Assembly (NCBI GenBank): GCA_021613535.1
Contig: CP075493.1
Span: forward strand, 13,020,001-13,084,000
Source of the DNA: Adineta vaga
Taxonomy: Eukaryota; Animalia; Rotifera
DNA: 64,000 bases
Direction of reading: 5' to 3'
The translations under genes and the position numbers were made by a program. Positions 12,053-23,696 of the stretch are shown here, in pieces; within the stretch, counting starts at the first letter, position 1; each line of letters begins with the position of its first letter. The notes below the pieces were generated by a model. That model was given only the letters and a program-made list of their open reading frames with translations. It made no database searches and was not told where the DNA came from.

Positions 12053-12999
12053 TTAATTTCGATTCAAATGTAAATATTTCAAGAGTCTTTCTGTTAAGTA
12101 TCGTCGAAGATCATGGTTATACATGAATAAATCAACAATATTGATGAATGAACTTGACACAGGCAAAATTTGCAAAGTAATAATAATTGACGAATTAATA
12201 TCTTGTATCCCAACAATCGCTGAATACATATATATAGGTCCCCATCCAGCAATGAATACCACAAACATGAAAAGCATATGTTTAACTAGATAAATATCTC
12301 GAGCACGTCCATGATTCACACTTGAGATAGCGGATGTGCTGGAGGGTAATGTTTGAACACGTCGAGTCGAAGAATGCACTGAATAAAATATCATCGAATT
12401 GAAAAAAATCATGGTAATCGATGGAAGTATAAGAATAATGCCTATATTATACAAACTGATCCAAGAAGGTGAGCGATTACCATTTTGGCATGCCTGTAAA
12501 TGAGCAAAAAGATATGGAATAAATCAATTGATAATTATTAGCTTTACGTCCTATCAATATTTACCTGAAAGGAAAGAATCAAATGAGGCAACGGTAAAAT
12601 GATGGCCACAATCCATTGTACGATTATTGACATGAAAGACCATGTTTGTTCCTTGAAACGTTTCTTATTGGGATACGTAACTGTAAAGAATCGGTTAAAA
12701 GTGATCATAGCTAACGCATGAATCATCAAACAATTCACCATGATTGGCAAATATGAAGTGACAATGCATGAAATAATTGATCGAAAGATAATATTGCTAT
12801 AGAAGCTACTTAACACATCGTAAACTATCCAATAACTACCACAAACAATACCGGTTAAACAAAAATTACCTGTCAAGATATTAGTTGCAGTATGGAAACG
12901 TCGAATTAAGATAATTGATAGAAGATAGATTAACATTAATATAGTACCATTTAGAAGTATAATAATATTCAGAATACAGATGATTTGTTGAAATTCCAT
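12053..12999 (-). CDS. Short orphan rhodopsin-like GPCR, copy B (2 exons, 291 aa)
   Basis: Exon 12999-12565, intron 12564-12494, exon 12493-12053. Exon sizes (435+441 nt) and intron position are identical to copy A. Confidence 0.85.
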
Positions 13000-13858
13000 T
13001 TTGATATAAAATAGAAATGCGACAAGAAGAAAAGAGTGTCTTTTCTCTAATGGAAAATACGCAATTACATTAACATCATCAACGCCATTGAGGTAGTATT
13101 AAATAGAAATGATAGATGTACTTCATAATATATATTCTTTTTTTCATGTAAAATTATATAACGTCGTAACGCGTGTTGTTATTGTAAAGAAAAGAGTAAC
13201 TTCACTGGTTGTATAATATCTCTTTCATCAAGATTAATGAAGTGATAATTTATAATAATACGACGTCTTTACTCTCATAGAAAAAAATATCTAATGAATG
13301 GAAATAATTACATGTGTGCTGTGAAGACATGTTCACATGAACTACGAACTGATTTGATTTTGTTGTTTTTCTCTTATTTTCTTACAGTCAAAAACTCTCT
13401 TTTCCATAGATATTTCAACTAAAAATGATGTTTCTATGATGTAAAAAGAGTCGTTTTAAATGCGAACGACGAGAAACAAAGTTATTCGAAAGATAATATA
13501 TTGCTGATAATAGTTCAAGTCATTTTTCGAGTAAACTGTCTCCATCGATTATATTTCGCATTAATTTCTAGTAAAACAATATCAACGAGATATGAAACAT
13601 CTGAAAAGTTTTTCTAAAATATATCATCGAACAGAAATTGATTGATTCCAAGAAGAAAGCACACCGTAAAAAGTGTATAGAAGAAAGATTTTTATTTTTT
13701 TTAAGAAATTAAAATCTACCTCTTGCTAGTTATCTCAACAAGTATCTGTATATATATATATATTTGAAAAAATCAATTGATTAAAGCTAAGATTAAAATT
13801 TCTCTCTGATATTACAAGTGATTCTAAATTCTAAATAAAATAATCGACATGTCATTGC

Positions 13859-15322
13859 TTATATTTTGAGCGTAATTCTTCCGCATGCACCACTACTGTT
13901 AATGATATCGATATGAGCTTGTGCTGTTTCTTCCAACGGATAGATTCGTCCGAGTAATGGCTTCAAATAGCCACGTTTCAAACTGTTTTGTAAATAAGCA
14001 TTCATCATTTGATATTCCTCCTATTGTTTAAACCAAGATGATTACTTTGCGATAGAACTATCCTCACCTACCTTGGTAGAACAAGACAGAATGGTTCCAC
14101 ATATCATTGTTTCTTTGATCATCATCAGTCGAGGATTTATATCCACGGTACCACGATTTCCAACAACAACCACACGACCAATACGAGCTTTTAGTAATTC
14201 TAAATCAGAATTTAAGTTAACATTAGCCAGCATTTCAAGTATCAAATCAACACCATCTCCATTCTTAGTGGCATTCTAAACAATAAACTATCGATTTTCC
14301 TTCTCATTAAAGATAGATCATAGATTCATACAGCAATATCCTTAAGATAACCCTCTTGATGATGATTAAAAACAAGATCAGCACCCTGTTCTCGTACTGC
14401 TTGTAAACCCTGTTCAGTTGATGCCGTACCAATGACATACATTCCATGTGCCTTAGCTAATTGGACAGCTGGAATGCCAACCTGTATTTGAAGAAAAAAA
14501 CGTATCAAGATGAAAAAAAAACAATTTTATCTGGTTAACTTACTCCACCACTGGCTCCATGAATAAGTACTGTTTCATTGGGTTTAGCATGACCTCTAGA
14601 TATAAACAGGGAACAAGTCAACATTGAGGATAGAAAACTAAAGAGCAAAAAATATTTCTCTAAAATTCGAGACTCTTCTTTTTTTTCGGTTATGCAGCCA
14701 ATATCACCATCATTCCATCGACATGTGTCTTACTTAATAAAAAGTGCACGATAAGCCGTAAAATATGGAACGCCAAGAGCGGAACCTTCTTCAAATGAAA
14801 GATTTGCCGGTAGATGATAAACGAAATCGGATACAGCTGCACAATACTCAGCATAAGCGCCTGTCGTAGTTTTCGTCGTGAATACACGATCACCAACCTA
14901 GAAATTATTAACGAATTTCGAATGTTCTTAAATCGATTGTTGTTATAGACTCTTTATACTTTAAAATTTGTAACTTCAGTACCGACACGTTCAATCACAC
15001 CCGAAGCATCAAATCCGGGAGTGTACGGTAAACTATTAGGTAGACGATAATAAGTACCTGATCGAATATATGTATCAGCTGGATTAACACCAGCTGCATA
15101 CACTCGAATCAATACCTAAATATTAACAAACTTGTTTTCGAATAGAGTAGATGTCTCAAGGACGTTGTACTTCTCGAGGTTGAATATCCGGAATAGGTAC
15201 GTCTTCAACTAATTTGCATACATTGGCATCACCTATCATCGGTGTAACAAAAACAGCTGTATTTTAATTAGATGAATTTTAAAATGAATCATACCAAATT
15301 CTTCTACTCGAATTGCTCGCAT
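13859..15322 (-). CDS. CRYZ: NADPH:quinone oxidoreductase, zeta-crystallin type (MDR family), multi-exon
   Basis: Spliced translation: [127 protein letters not shown]. Further upstream exon(s) may exist at 15.4-15.6 kb. Confidence 0.9.
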
Positions 15323-16099
15323 TATGTCTCCTGATGATGTAGCACTAGAAAAGACAACACTTCAATTATAAATATCATCAATAATATGATGGATTGATTT
15401 GATTAGAAAACTATTCCTTTTCCAAGCGTGAATTGCACTAAAATAAAGTGATTCTTCAGAATCCTATTCGAAAGAAACCCGTGCAATACGTGAGAAAAAG
15501 ATCTTAACAACAAACTGTTATTTTCAATAAACAACGAAATATCTTCAAAGCTTCTTATACTCACCTTGCACAGTGACAGGTATTCGACAACTAAAACCAA
15601 CAATAACTGACTGTTATCTTATTCAAAGGAAAAATGTTCTGTGTAATGAAACATTATAGTAAATAGTGCGACAGTGAAATAGAGAACTTCGATGTCGATA
15701 AGAGACATTAGATGAAATCTTGCTTGCTTGTTTAATCTTCTACTAATTATCGAATGATTCATATTAAAGAAACTAAGATGAGCCGTATCATTTTAATACT
15801 TCTTTCGGTTTAATCAACAACTACACTTGGTGACATGATAGCAAAGACAAAAGTGATAACGACAAAGCATTTACAGAAATATTTGCAGCTTGATGACATT
15901 TTTTTCTAGCGGGTGTCTTTACTATTGATAAATATAATTACTATCATATATAGTGATACTTTTCGGTATGCTTTTCCTGCATTCACTCTATTTCCTTCTT
16001 TGTTCAATATATCATGAGACATCTACGCAAATATGTGTTCTCTACTTTACAACGGTGACTGATACTGCCCATTTTCAGTTTTTAAATATTAAATAAAAC

Positions 16100-16240
16100 T
16101 TATTTCCACCCTCATCTATCTTGTTATTTTGACCCATGTCACCCAGTACTAAACCAAGTCGGTAGCATGAATTGGCATTTGGAAAACTATCTGGTTTATT
16201 CTTATTCTTATCAGAAATAGGAAACGTTAACTCAAAACTT
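16100..16240 (-). pseudogene. Tiny remnant of an ART-TPR family gene (ART/TPR junction)
   Basis: Translates 'DSFPNANSCYRLGLVLGDMGQNNKIDE'. Compare 'LLDDMGQNNKTEQ' at ~23900 and 'HLGNVLFYMGEYDRAE' in the intact gene. Confidence 0.55.
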
Positions 16241-16479
16241 AATGAGTAATCAACAAAGAATGAGTGTGAAGATTAAATTTTGATTTTGATTTTGTAGTGA
16301 TATAATTGTAAAAGCTCGCAAGTTGAAAAAAAAACTTATATTTTCACTCATTTTTTTACTTTATACACGAATCATAAAACGATAGAATTAATAAGTCGAC
16401 AATTACGGAAGAAAAAGATAATAGATATCATCAAACGTTGTTTTCGTTTGTTTATATTTAATCAGTCTGAAGCCTTTAC

Positions 16480-16840
16480 AGACCTTAGGTATTCATTGAA
16501 TGTTACTTTGAAGTTAAAGCTATTCCGAAATTAATTGATATAATTATTGTCTCTTCAGAAAAATATATGATTGATCTACATGAGAAATGCTTCGTTCGTA
16601 TTCCAAACTTAAAATTAAATCTAAAATACTTGGACGATGAATCTAAATACCTATTTTTGAAAAGTCTTTATTATTTTCATGTTGTTTTATTAAAAATTGA
16701 CGAAATTGAGAGAGAAAGATTAAATGAGCAGTAGAAAAAAAATTGTTACCATTGAGATAAAATAAAATACCATGAATGATTTCATTTCGTAAATCTTTTA
16801 GTTTTGCATGGATTATTAATTGATGTTTAGTTATGCTCAT
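16480..16840 (-). pseudogene. Decayed F-box-like gene
   Basis: 'KLKDLRNEIIHGILFYLNG' resembles a degenerate F-box (LxxLPxEIxxxIFxYL). The frame is lost shortly afterwards. Confidence 0.45.
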
Positions 16841-17324
16841 AATTCAGTTTTTCTATACTTTCTTTTCGAATCGATTAATGGAAATATAATTAAAACAATT
16901 TAATCAATACGTTATTTAATATAAGTATAAGTAAGAGAACATTTAGTTCGACAATGTGTTTATCTACGTGGACAGAAAGCTTATTCATAGATAAAAACAC
17001 TTGCATCGTTAAGATTTAAACTTATCGTTCTTCATCTTTATTCAGTTGGCTTCAAATAGACGAATTTCGACATCTTACCATCTTGTTTACTTTAATCTTT
17101 GGAGTAGATGCCGTGTTGAAAAGAAAAAAATCCCTTTTAGTCACACTGCAAATTTTCTCTACGGATTACAAGGATTTTAACACACATTCACGAGGAAACT
17201 ACCAAAAAAACTGTGTTTGCTTTTAAATTTCAGTTTCTAATTTACACAGTAAAATAATCTCTATAAATAGTTGAATTCTTAAAATAAAACAGTATTTTCG
17301 TTTCATTTCACCAAATTTAACAAA

Positions 17325-17486
17325 ATGAGTTTCCATGGTATGATTGCCTACAAATGTCCGGAATGCGACAAATTAGTATGGGTTGAACGTGAAAAAGCAA
17401 ATTCTGCCGTGTAGCCGTGCCAGTCTTGTCGTCCGTCTGGTAATATGCAAACAAGAACTACATGTATTTCTGTTAGTTTAAAATAA
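17325..17486 (+). other. Zinc-ribbon-like micro-ORF (CPEC...CQSC) interrupted by an in-frame TAG
   Basis: ATG 17325: MSFHGMIAYKCPECDKLVWVEREKANSAV*(TAG 17412-17414)PCQSCRPSGNMQTRTTCISVSLK*. TATAAAT at 17262-17268. Locally more GC-rich than its flanks. Confidence 0.45.
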
Positions 17487-18362
17487 GGAAACGGTTTGGT
17501 ATCACATCTTTAGACTTTATATTATCAGTACTAACACAAACTCGATATCCTGTCATGTAACAGTCTCCTATTTTGATTGAATAAACTCTTCTTACTCAAT
17601 TAGTTATTCCACCATACCCTCTTGAAAATCTTTTCATCGGTTTAACTTATTTACCAAAATTCTCTTCATAATAGATTTTTATCGTTTATTTTTCAAAGAA
17701 TAAGTAATAAAATTATAAGAATTTGAATATTCGCTAAATTTCATATTCCCATTTTCAACAGCAATGACTTGATTATTTGCTGAATTAAAAAATGTAGCTA
17801 CTGATTGATTTGCTGTTGATTTCACTCGAAAAGATAGATCGTGTAAAACACCCACACTAACGGTCGCTTGTTTAATAAAATTCAAATACATTTGATTCTT
17901 CTGTTGTAACGTTAGTTATTGAAAATAAGAGAATTTATGAAAAAATCGTCAGTCTACCATGATTATATATACATATCGTTTTAATGGATATGATGTCATC
18001 ATTGATCGAATGTGTATATACTAAAACATGTATAACTTGTATCATCTTTAACAGTATAGTTGAGAAATATCTTATCGTGTTATATGACATAGTCAAAATA
18101 AATTCCATTACCACTCAATCGATTTGTTAAATATTTTGATAATTATAAAGTATTCAAAGACAAATGTTGAATACTCCACATGAATCAATTTCAAATTTTT
18201 ACTTCATAATACATACTGAACACACTCACCCTCAAGTATCCTATCATTTTGATCATACAAAATTATAAGTAAATGATAATATCAAAGTACATGTTTAACA
18301 CTTCTTTATTTCTTCTACTTATCTACACACTAATCAATATTTATATCCTAAAATTAACAAGA

Positions 18363-18986
18363 TTACATTTGATTCTTTTGAAATCGATTCAATGCTGTTT
18401 TGTTGATGTTGTCTGTATAAACTATGGTATAGAAGAATTCATAATTTATTTTCGACTTTGGATACCTATAATCATCTTCTGTCTCCATCATTTCATTCAT
18501 ATCCATTGCAGTTTGGAAAAAACCAGTTGATGTTAGATCTGCCTCTACTTGGCGACATGATGTTTTATATACCACATTCATTATTCTATCACCCGCCGTT
18601 AATGTCATATTATGGCTTTGATAATCGCAAACACCATACAATTGCTTCATTTTTATGCTTGTTATTAACGCAATAATATTTGGATTATTTTCACCATTTT
18701 GTAAATTCTGTGGATATTTTTTGAATCCGAAAAGAGGTAATACTATTTTGTTCAATGTGTTTTCCGATTGTTCACGAAGATTTTCACCATTATACCACAT
18801 TGATGCATTAAAATCTGGAAATAATGAACGTATTTCTTCGCCAGTCATCGTATGCCATCCTGTTGGTTTTATTATCAATAAATCAGGAAAATAATTCTCA
18901 TGAGCACTAGATTGAATTTCAGAATTTCCAATATCAAATCGTGCTAACGATACAATTAAGAATAGAATGAACCAATGAGAAGCCAT
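18363..18986 (-). CDS. Secreted protein of unknown function (~207 aa, intronless)
   Basis: Likely start MASHWFILFLIVSLARFDIGNS (signal-peptide-like) inside a 238-aa ORF; two Cys; no recognised domain. Confidence 0.65.
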   Translation of the reverse strand: MASHWFILFLIVSLARFDIGNSEIQSSAHENYFPDLLIIKPTGWHTMTGEEIRSLFPDFNASMWYNGENLREQSENTLNKIVLPLFGFKKYPQNLQNGENNPNIIALITSIKMKQLYGVCDYQSHNMTLTAGDRIMNVVYKTSCRQVEADLTSTGFFQTAMDMNEMMETEDDYRYPKSKINYEFFYTIVYTDNINKTALNRFQKNQM

Positions 18987-19324
18987 ATGAATTGTGAATG
19001 TTTTTTTGTATTGAATATATCGTGAAAAGAAATGAACGCGGTTTTTATATCGATGGTTGAAACAGATGTTCACATTCATTTGTCATAACATTCTTTTTCA
19101 ATTATCCAATTAGAGAAGCCTTATATTGATTTATTTATTACCGTGACTACAGTGAAGAAATGTAACACATTTTCTATGAAGCTAGGTAGGCTCGTGGTGT
19201 GAGAATCATTGATATAAAAAAAACCGATACAATGAAATGAAGTTTATTTGCAAAGAAATTGTAGAATCTTACAAAACGGTTCAGGATTGTCATAAAAATT
19301 ATTTTAAATACAGTTTTATTTAAT

Positions 19325-20635
19325 TTAATCTTCATCTGCATAGTGATGTGTATATTTGTGATCATAACATTTCTTCATGTGACCATGATGACCATAATAT
19401 TTCGCAGCTGTTTTCTCACTTACAATCTTATCTTCCAATCTTTTCTTCATACTTTCTGCCATTCGAATCAACATTGCAATCATGCCTTTCTCATCATCAA
19501 ATTCTTCGACTTGTCTGAGAAGAGCGATTTGTTCACCAATCAATGTAATAGCATTATCTCTCTGACGATTCGTTATCAATTGAGCAATTGTATCATCCAT
19601 TTCTGCGGCCACTTGAACTGCATGTAATGTTTTTATTCTTGGATCAATTTGTTGAATGAGTGATTCATCATTTACAAAAGTTATGGATAATGTACCAGCG
19701 ACAATCAATGGTTCACCATCAACATCATCAGGACGATGGTATTTTAATTGATAGTCAAGTGTTTCAACTTCAGTACCATCAGGTACATTTGCAGAAGTTG
19801 TAAAATCACAAAGTATGACACGAAGATTATCATGATGAAGATCACCTAGATTGGCACCTAATGCAATATTTTCATGACCCCATATTTTTGTAACAGTCGT
19901 GTTATTACGACCTCGTACAATTAATTGAGTTTGTGTTGCACAAACGTCAAAAACACTTTGAAGTGCTTTTGTCATTAATGGTACAATAACTTGTGCTGAT
20001 TCAAGGAAAAAGAATTGACCACATCCAGCTTCAGCAATACCTTTCATTATTGTCTCATCGAAATCTTCTCCGATACCAAATGAATCGACAATAACACCTT
20101 TTCCATTATAATTTCGAACAATCTTCATTATTTGTTCTCGTGATCGTAATCCAACGTTTGCTAATCCATCTGATAAAACGAAGATACGTTTTGAAAAGCC
20201 AGGATAAACATATTTTTCAAGAAGATTTGCAGCTGCATCTATTCCTCCTGATAAATTCGTTTGACCACCACTTGTTATTCCTTGTACTACTGAATAGAGA
20301 TCTTGACGAGATAATGCACGTGCATTTTCAAATACATTCATTACATTATCATCATAAGCAACTAAATGTACGACATCATCATCATTTAGTAAATTTAGTA
20401 CGGAAATAACAGCTTGTTTTGCAAATTCTAATTTATTATTTGATGCCATTGAACCGCTACGATCCAGAACTAAAACTAAATTGATTGGAATTCGTTTGTT
20501 TTCTTCAGTATGTTCTTCATTTTTTTTCGTTTCGATTTCAAATCGAGCTCGTTTTGAATTCACAACACCAATAATTGCATGAGGATTATCTGGAATACAC
20601 CGAATACTAACAGAAGACAATTGATCAGTACTCAT
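19325..20635 (-). CDS. Stand-alone von Willebrand factor A (vWA) domain protein with C-terminal beta and helical regions (436 aa, intronless)
   Basis: PINLVLVLDRSGSM (MIDAS DxSxS), GGQTNLSGGI, IFVLSDGLAN, FGIGEDFDETIMKGIAEAGCGQFFF. No signal peptide and no RING domain. Confidence 0.9.
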   Translation of the reverse strand: MSTDQLSSVSIRCIPDNPHAIIGVVNSKRARFEIETKKNEEHTEENKRIPINLVLVLDRSGSMASNNKLEFAKQAVISVLNLLNDDDVVHLVAYDDNVMNVFENARALSRQDLYSVVQGITSGGQTNLSGGIDAAANLLEKYVYPGFSKRIFVLSDGLANVGLRSREQIMKIVRNYNGKGVIVDSFGIGEDFDETIMKGIAEAGCGQFFFLESAQVIVPLMTKALQSVFDVCATQTQLIVRGRNNTTVTKIWGHENIALGANLGDLHHDNLRVILCDFTTSANVPDGTEVETLDYQLKYHRPDDVDGEPLIVAGTLSITFVNDESLIQQIDPRIKTLHAVQVAAEMDDTIAQLITNRQRDNAITLIGEQIALLRQVEEFDDEKGMIAMLIRMAESMKKRLEDKIVSEKTAAKYYGHHGHMKKCYDHKYTHHYADED

Positions 20636-20899
20636 ATTTTCGAGTTTTTTTTAACAATATGATAAGAAATGCAACGTTGTTCGTATTTATATATGAGTAA
20701 TGTGAATTGCGTAAGTCTGAAGCAACTTATATAAGCCAATGAGAAAATGACTCATATATTAAAGAAAAGAAACTCGACAAAAACTCAGTATAGAGGTTGC
20801 GAAATAAGGATGCAATTGATGATGTAACTTATTCTAGGGTGCATTAAACATAGCGGTTTGTATCATGTATTTACGTAGAAAAATTAGAATTTCATCATT

Positions 20900-21421
20900 T
20901 CAATATTGCTTGATTCCAAAACTGTGGTACAAATCCGAGAGTATACAGATACTAAGCAATATGCACCAGATTACAAACCATGCCAGGAAAAGAATATTTG
21001 AATGACGAGGAGCTTTTGATCGTTTTATAATCAGATAGAAAATGACGATGGTATGTAATAGACAATATGCCGCAATAGATGAAAACATACCAATAGCACC
21101 ATTTACATGAACATGAGAATTATGATCTAAACTTACAATAGCCATAATCAGAATAAATACCGATATGATCAGTACAATAGAATGATAGATTGAGATTGAA
21201 GAAGAAATTGCAATCGACCGATAATAATTAATAAAAACTGTGGAACCAAAATAACGAAACCAGAAAGAAAATATTGAGAAGTAAGGTAACTTCGGTCCTG
21301 ACCATCCATCTTGCCGTAATACATGATTGTACACTATGAGGGTGACAACAAATGTAATGACAGCTGTGAATGGCATTACAACCAAAGTCTAATACCAGAT
21401 TAATGTCAGAATTCGATTCAT
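20900..21421 (-). pseudogene. Degraded Frag1/DRAM/Sfk1 (TMEM150-like) membrane protein gene
   Basis: ATG 21421 then an in-frame TAG at codon 11. Motifs 'KLPYFS' and 'IMAIVSLDHNSHVHVNGAIGMF...YCLLHT' are typical of the family; the intervening and terminal helices appear deleted. Confidence 0.55.
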
Positions 21422-22385
21422 TTGAAATTAAGATGAGAAATTTCCGAAGAAAAATGCTTGCATCGATTCACTTACGATAATAGTAAATTGATCCTCGTCA
21501 TCTTGCTTTAATGAAAAGGTAGTTATTTGAAAGATATTCTCATTCATATTTATTCTTGATAGAAAACTGTACAACGCAAGGGTTTCGTTTCTTTTTTTAT
21601 GAATATTTACGCGACAAGAGTATTAACATGATACAAGATTTCTTTTTTCTCTTTTCTCTAAGTATGGTATAGGCGAAGTAATAATCAGATATTGAGTAGC
21701 CAATGGTTGTAGAGTCATGCAGATTGCACCGTGAGGATGTGAGTATAGGTTAGAGATAAATTCAACATCTACCTCTTCAAAATCGATCCTTGTTTAATTA
21801 TTTTGCACTTAATCAATTTTCTAAAGCACCTTTAGCGCAACAATATTTTCTTTTCGAGATACTTAATAGGATGGGTTGATGGATAGGTATGAAAGAAGAA
21901 TAGACTAACATTTGTACTCTCAACGTTCTAGTTCAAATCTTGAATAAAATTGTGGAACAGTGATCTATATTGGTGCCTATATAATGTTTTCAATGTGAAT
22001 GTTGATTTCAGTTTACGTTCCATCTACATTACACTGGCAAGTATACAGAATGGTTAGAAATGAACTCAAATAAGTCTTATTACGAACAACTAAATAAAAA
22101 GTATATGATAAAGATTTTTTTATTAAAACAGAAGAAACATGACATTGACTTAAACCTGACAAATTCAATATCATATCATTCTTTTCTCATTCGAAATTGT
22201 CAAAAAGCAAATATTGACAATGAATCATAGCGATTCACAGAGAGAGAGAACCAACGACGAAAATGTAGATGACTAACAAACAAAACGACGTTTTTGCACA
22301 GGTGCCATTGAGTATAATTCTTTCATATCGAATCATAATTGATATGCGCAAAAGTAATTGATAATATCGCATCCTCTATATCTCC

Positions 22386-22393
22386 TATATAAA
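22386..22393 (+). promoter_or_regulatory. TATA box of the Cys-rich peptide gene
   Basis: TATATAAA about 60 nt upstream of ATG 22450. Confidence 0.55.
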
Positions 22394-22449
22394 GACTCAT
22401 ATTTTCAACATAATTCATACACATTTTAATCACAAAACAAAACGAAAAC

Positions 22450-22695
22450 ATGCAAAAATATATTATTCTTGCAATCATTGGTATCGTAATGATCAATTAC
22501 ATCAATGCTCAGTCATCAGAAGTTGTCAATGATGATAAAGTTGAATTACCATCGTCATTAAATATCTTATTATCAGGTGTAAAAGCAAAAGACGTTCGTC
22601 AATGTCTACCTGTAAGTTGTGGTTCATTTGGCTGTTGTTCTGGTAATTGTCAACCATGGTGCCGTGCATGTGGTGTTCCACATACATGCGGTTAA
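22450..22695 (+). CDS. Secreted 8-Cys prepropeptide (toxin/antimicrobial-peptide-like)
   Basis: Signal MQKYIILAIIGIVMINYINA, pro-region ending KDVR, 31-aa mature QCLPVSCGSFGCCSGNCQPWCRACGVPHTCG. TATA box upstream, AAAATG start context, AATAAA at ~22767 and ~22784. Confidence 0.85.
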   Translation: MQKYIILAIIGIVMINYINAQSSEVVNDDKVELPSSLNILLSGVKAKDVRQCLPVSCGSFGCCSGNCQPWCRACGVPHTCG

Positions 22696-23696
22696 TTCAT
22701 CAAACCAGACAACGAACAGCATCAGCTCGATTTTTTTCTGTGATATATTTTTCAGTTTGTTCATTTAATAAATCAATCAGGAAAATAAAGTTTCATTATT
22801 CAGCTATATATGATTATTTACCCAGTTGGTAATGAAGACTATACAAACATAAAATATCATAATTCAGCAATTTCTTGTCACTAAACAATCAGTATTCGTA
22901 CAAAATATAAAAGATCAGACAAGATTATAATAATTTTAGCGATGAAAATCATACTCAATCAAACAACTTATCTATCTTTCATATATTATCACTTTTCACG
23001 GCATTCATGAAACTATGAGTAGTAGAAAAGTCATATTTTTTTAGAAGAGTTCCAATGGTGCAAACAATTATTTTGATAGCTATACATGTGTCGTAATAAT
23101 CTTGAGAAATTTTATTCAGATATATACTAAAACATAATTTTAAATGTAAAAAAGATCTGTAATAACTAAATATTAGTTCGAACAATAAAATGTCGTTAGT
23201 ATTCAATATGAATATTTATTTAGCAAATTCACATAGAAAGTCGATAATCAGTCTTTCCCTGAACAACAATCATGTTAACACTGCAATGATTGGAAAAGTA
23301 ATGATATTTTTTTTTTCGCAAGAAAAACTAAAGATCCAATAAAAATAGACAAGCTTTTCCAGAAATTCTTATTTAATACTCAATCGATTTCTTTTCTGTA
23401 CGTTCATAGTCAGATTAGTCTTGATAACGAAAGAAAAGAAGTAATTTCTCGCTTGATTATGTGCTCTTCGTTTCAGTTACATGCTGATTTTACATATAAA
23501 TACATTTTATCTCACATATAATGATACACCTTATAAAGTATTGCTATGTTTCACAATATTCTTAAATGGGTGCTACTGTTCAAACGCAAAATAAGGATAA
23601 TCACATCGGTTCTGTCTTCAATACGTTTCCACACAGACATGCATTGTTTTCATTACTATCGTTAGTAATGATTACGGTACAATTTGTACAGCATAT

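Larger units (their letters stand above)
10160..13600. repeat. Tandem segmental duplication (~1.7 kb unit) carrying the two GPCRs
   Basis: 10160-10345 aligns by eye with 11870-12052 (e.g. attcataaagtttacatacataaaatt, aaagtgaacattctcgaggacggaggcaaatagg). Upstream flanks also share blocks (e.g. ttaatttctagt-aaacaatatcaa at ~11775 and ~13561). Confidence 0.9.

Noticed and set aside
17679-17891. 70-aa minus-strand ORF with protein-like composition
   Set aside because: No motif or reliable splice partners found; possibly a relic but unsupported.
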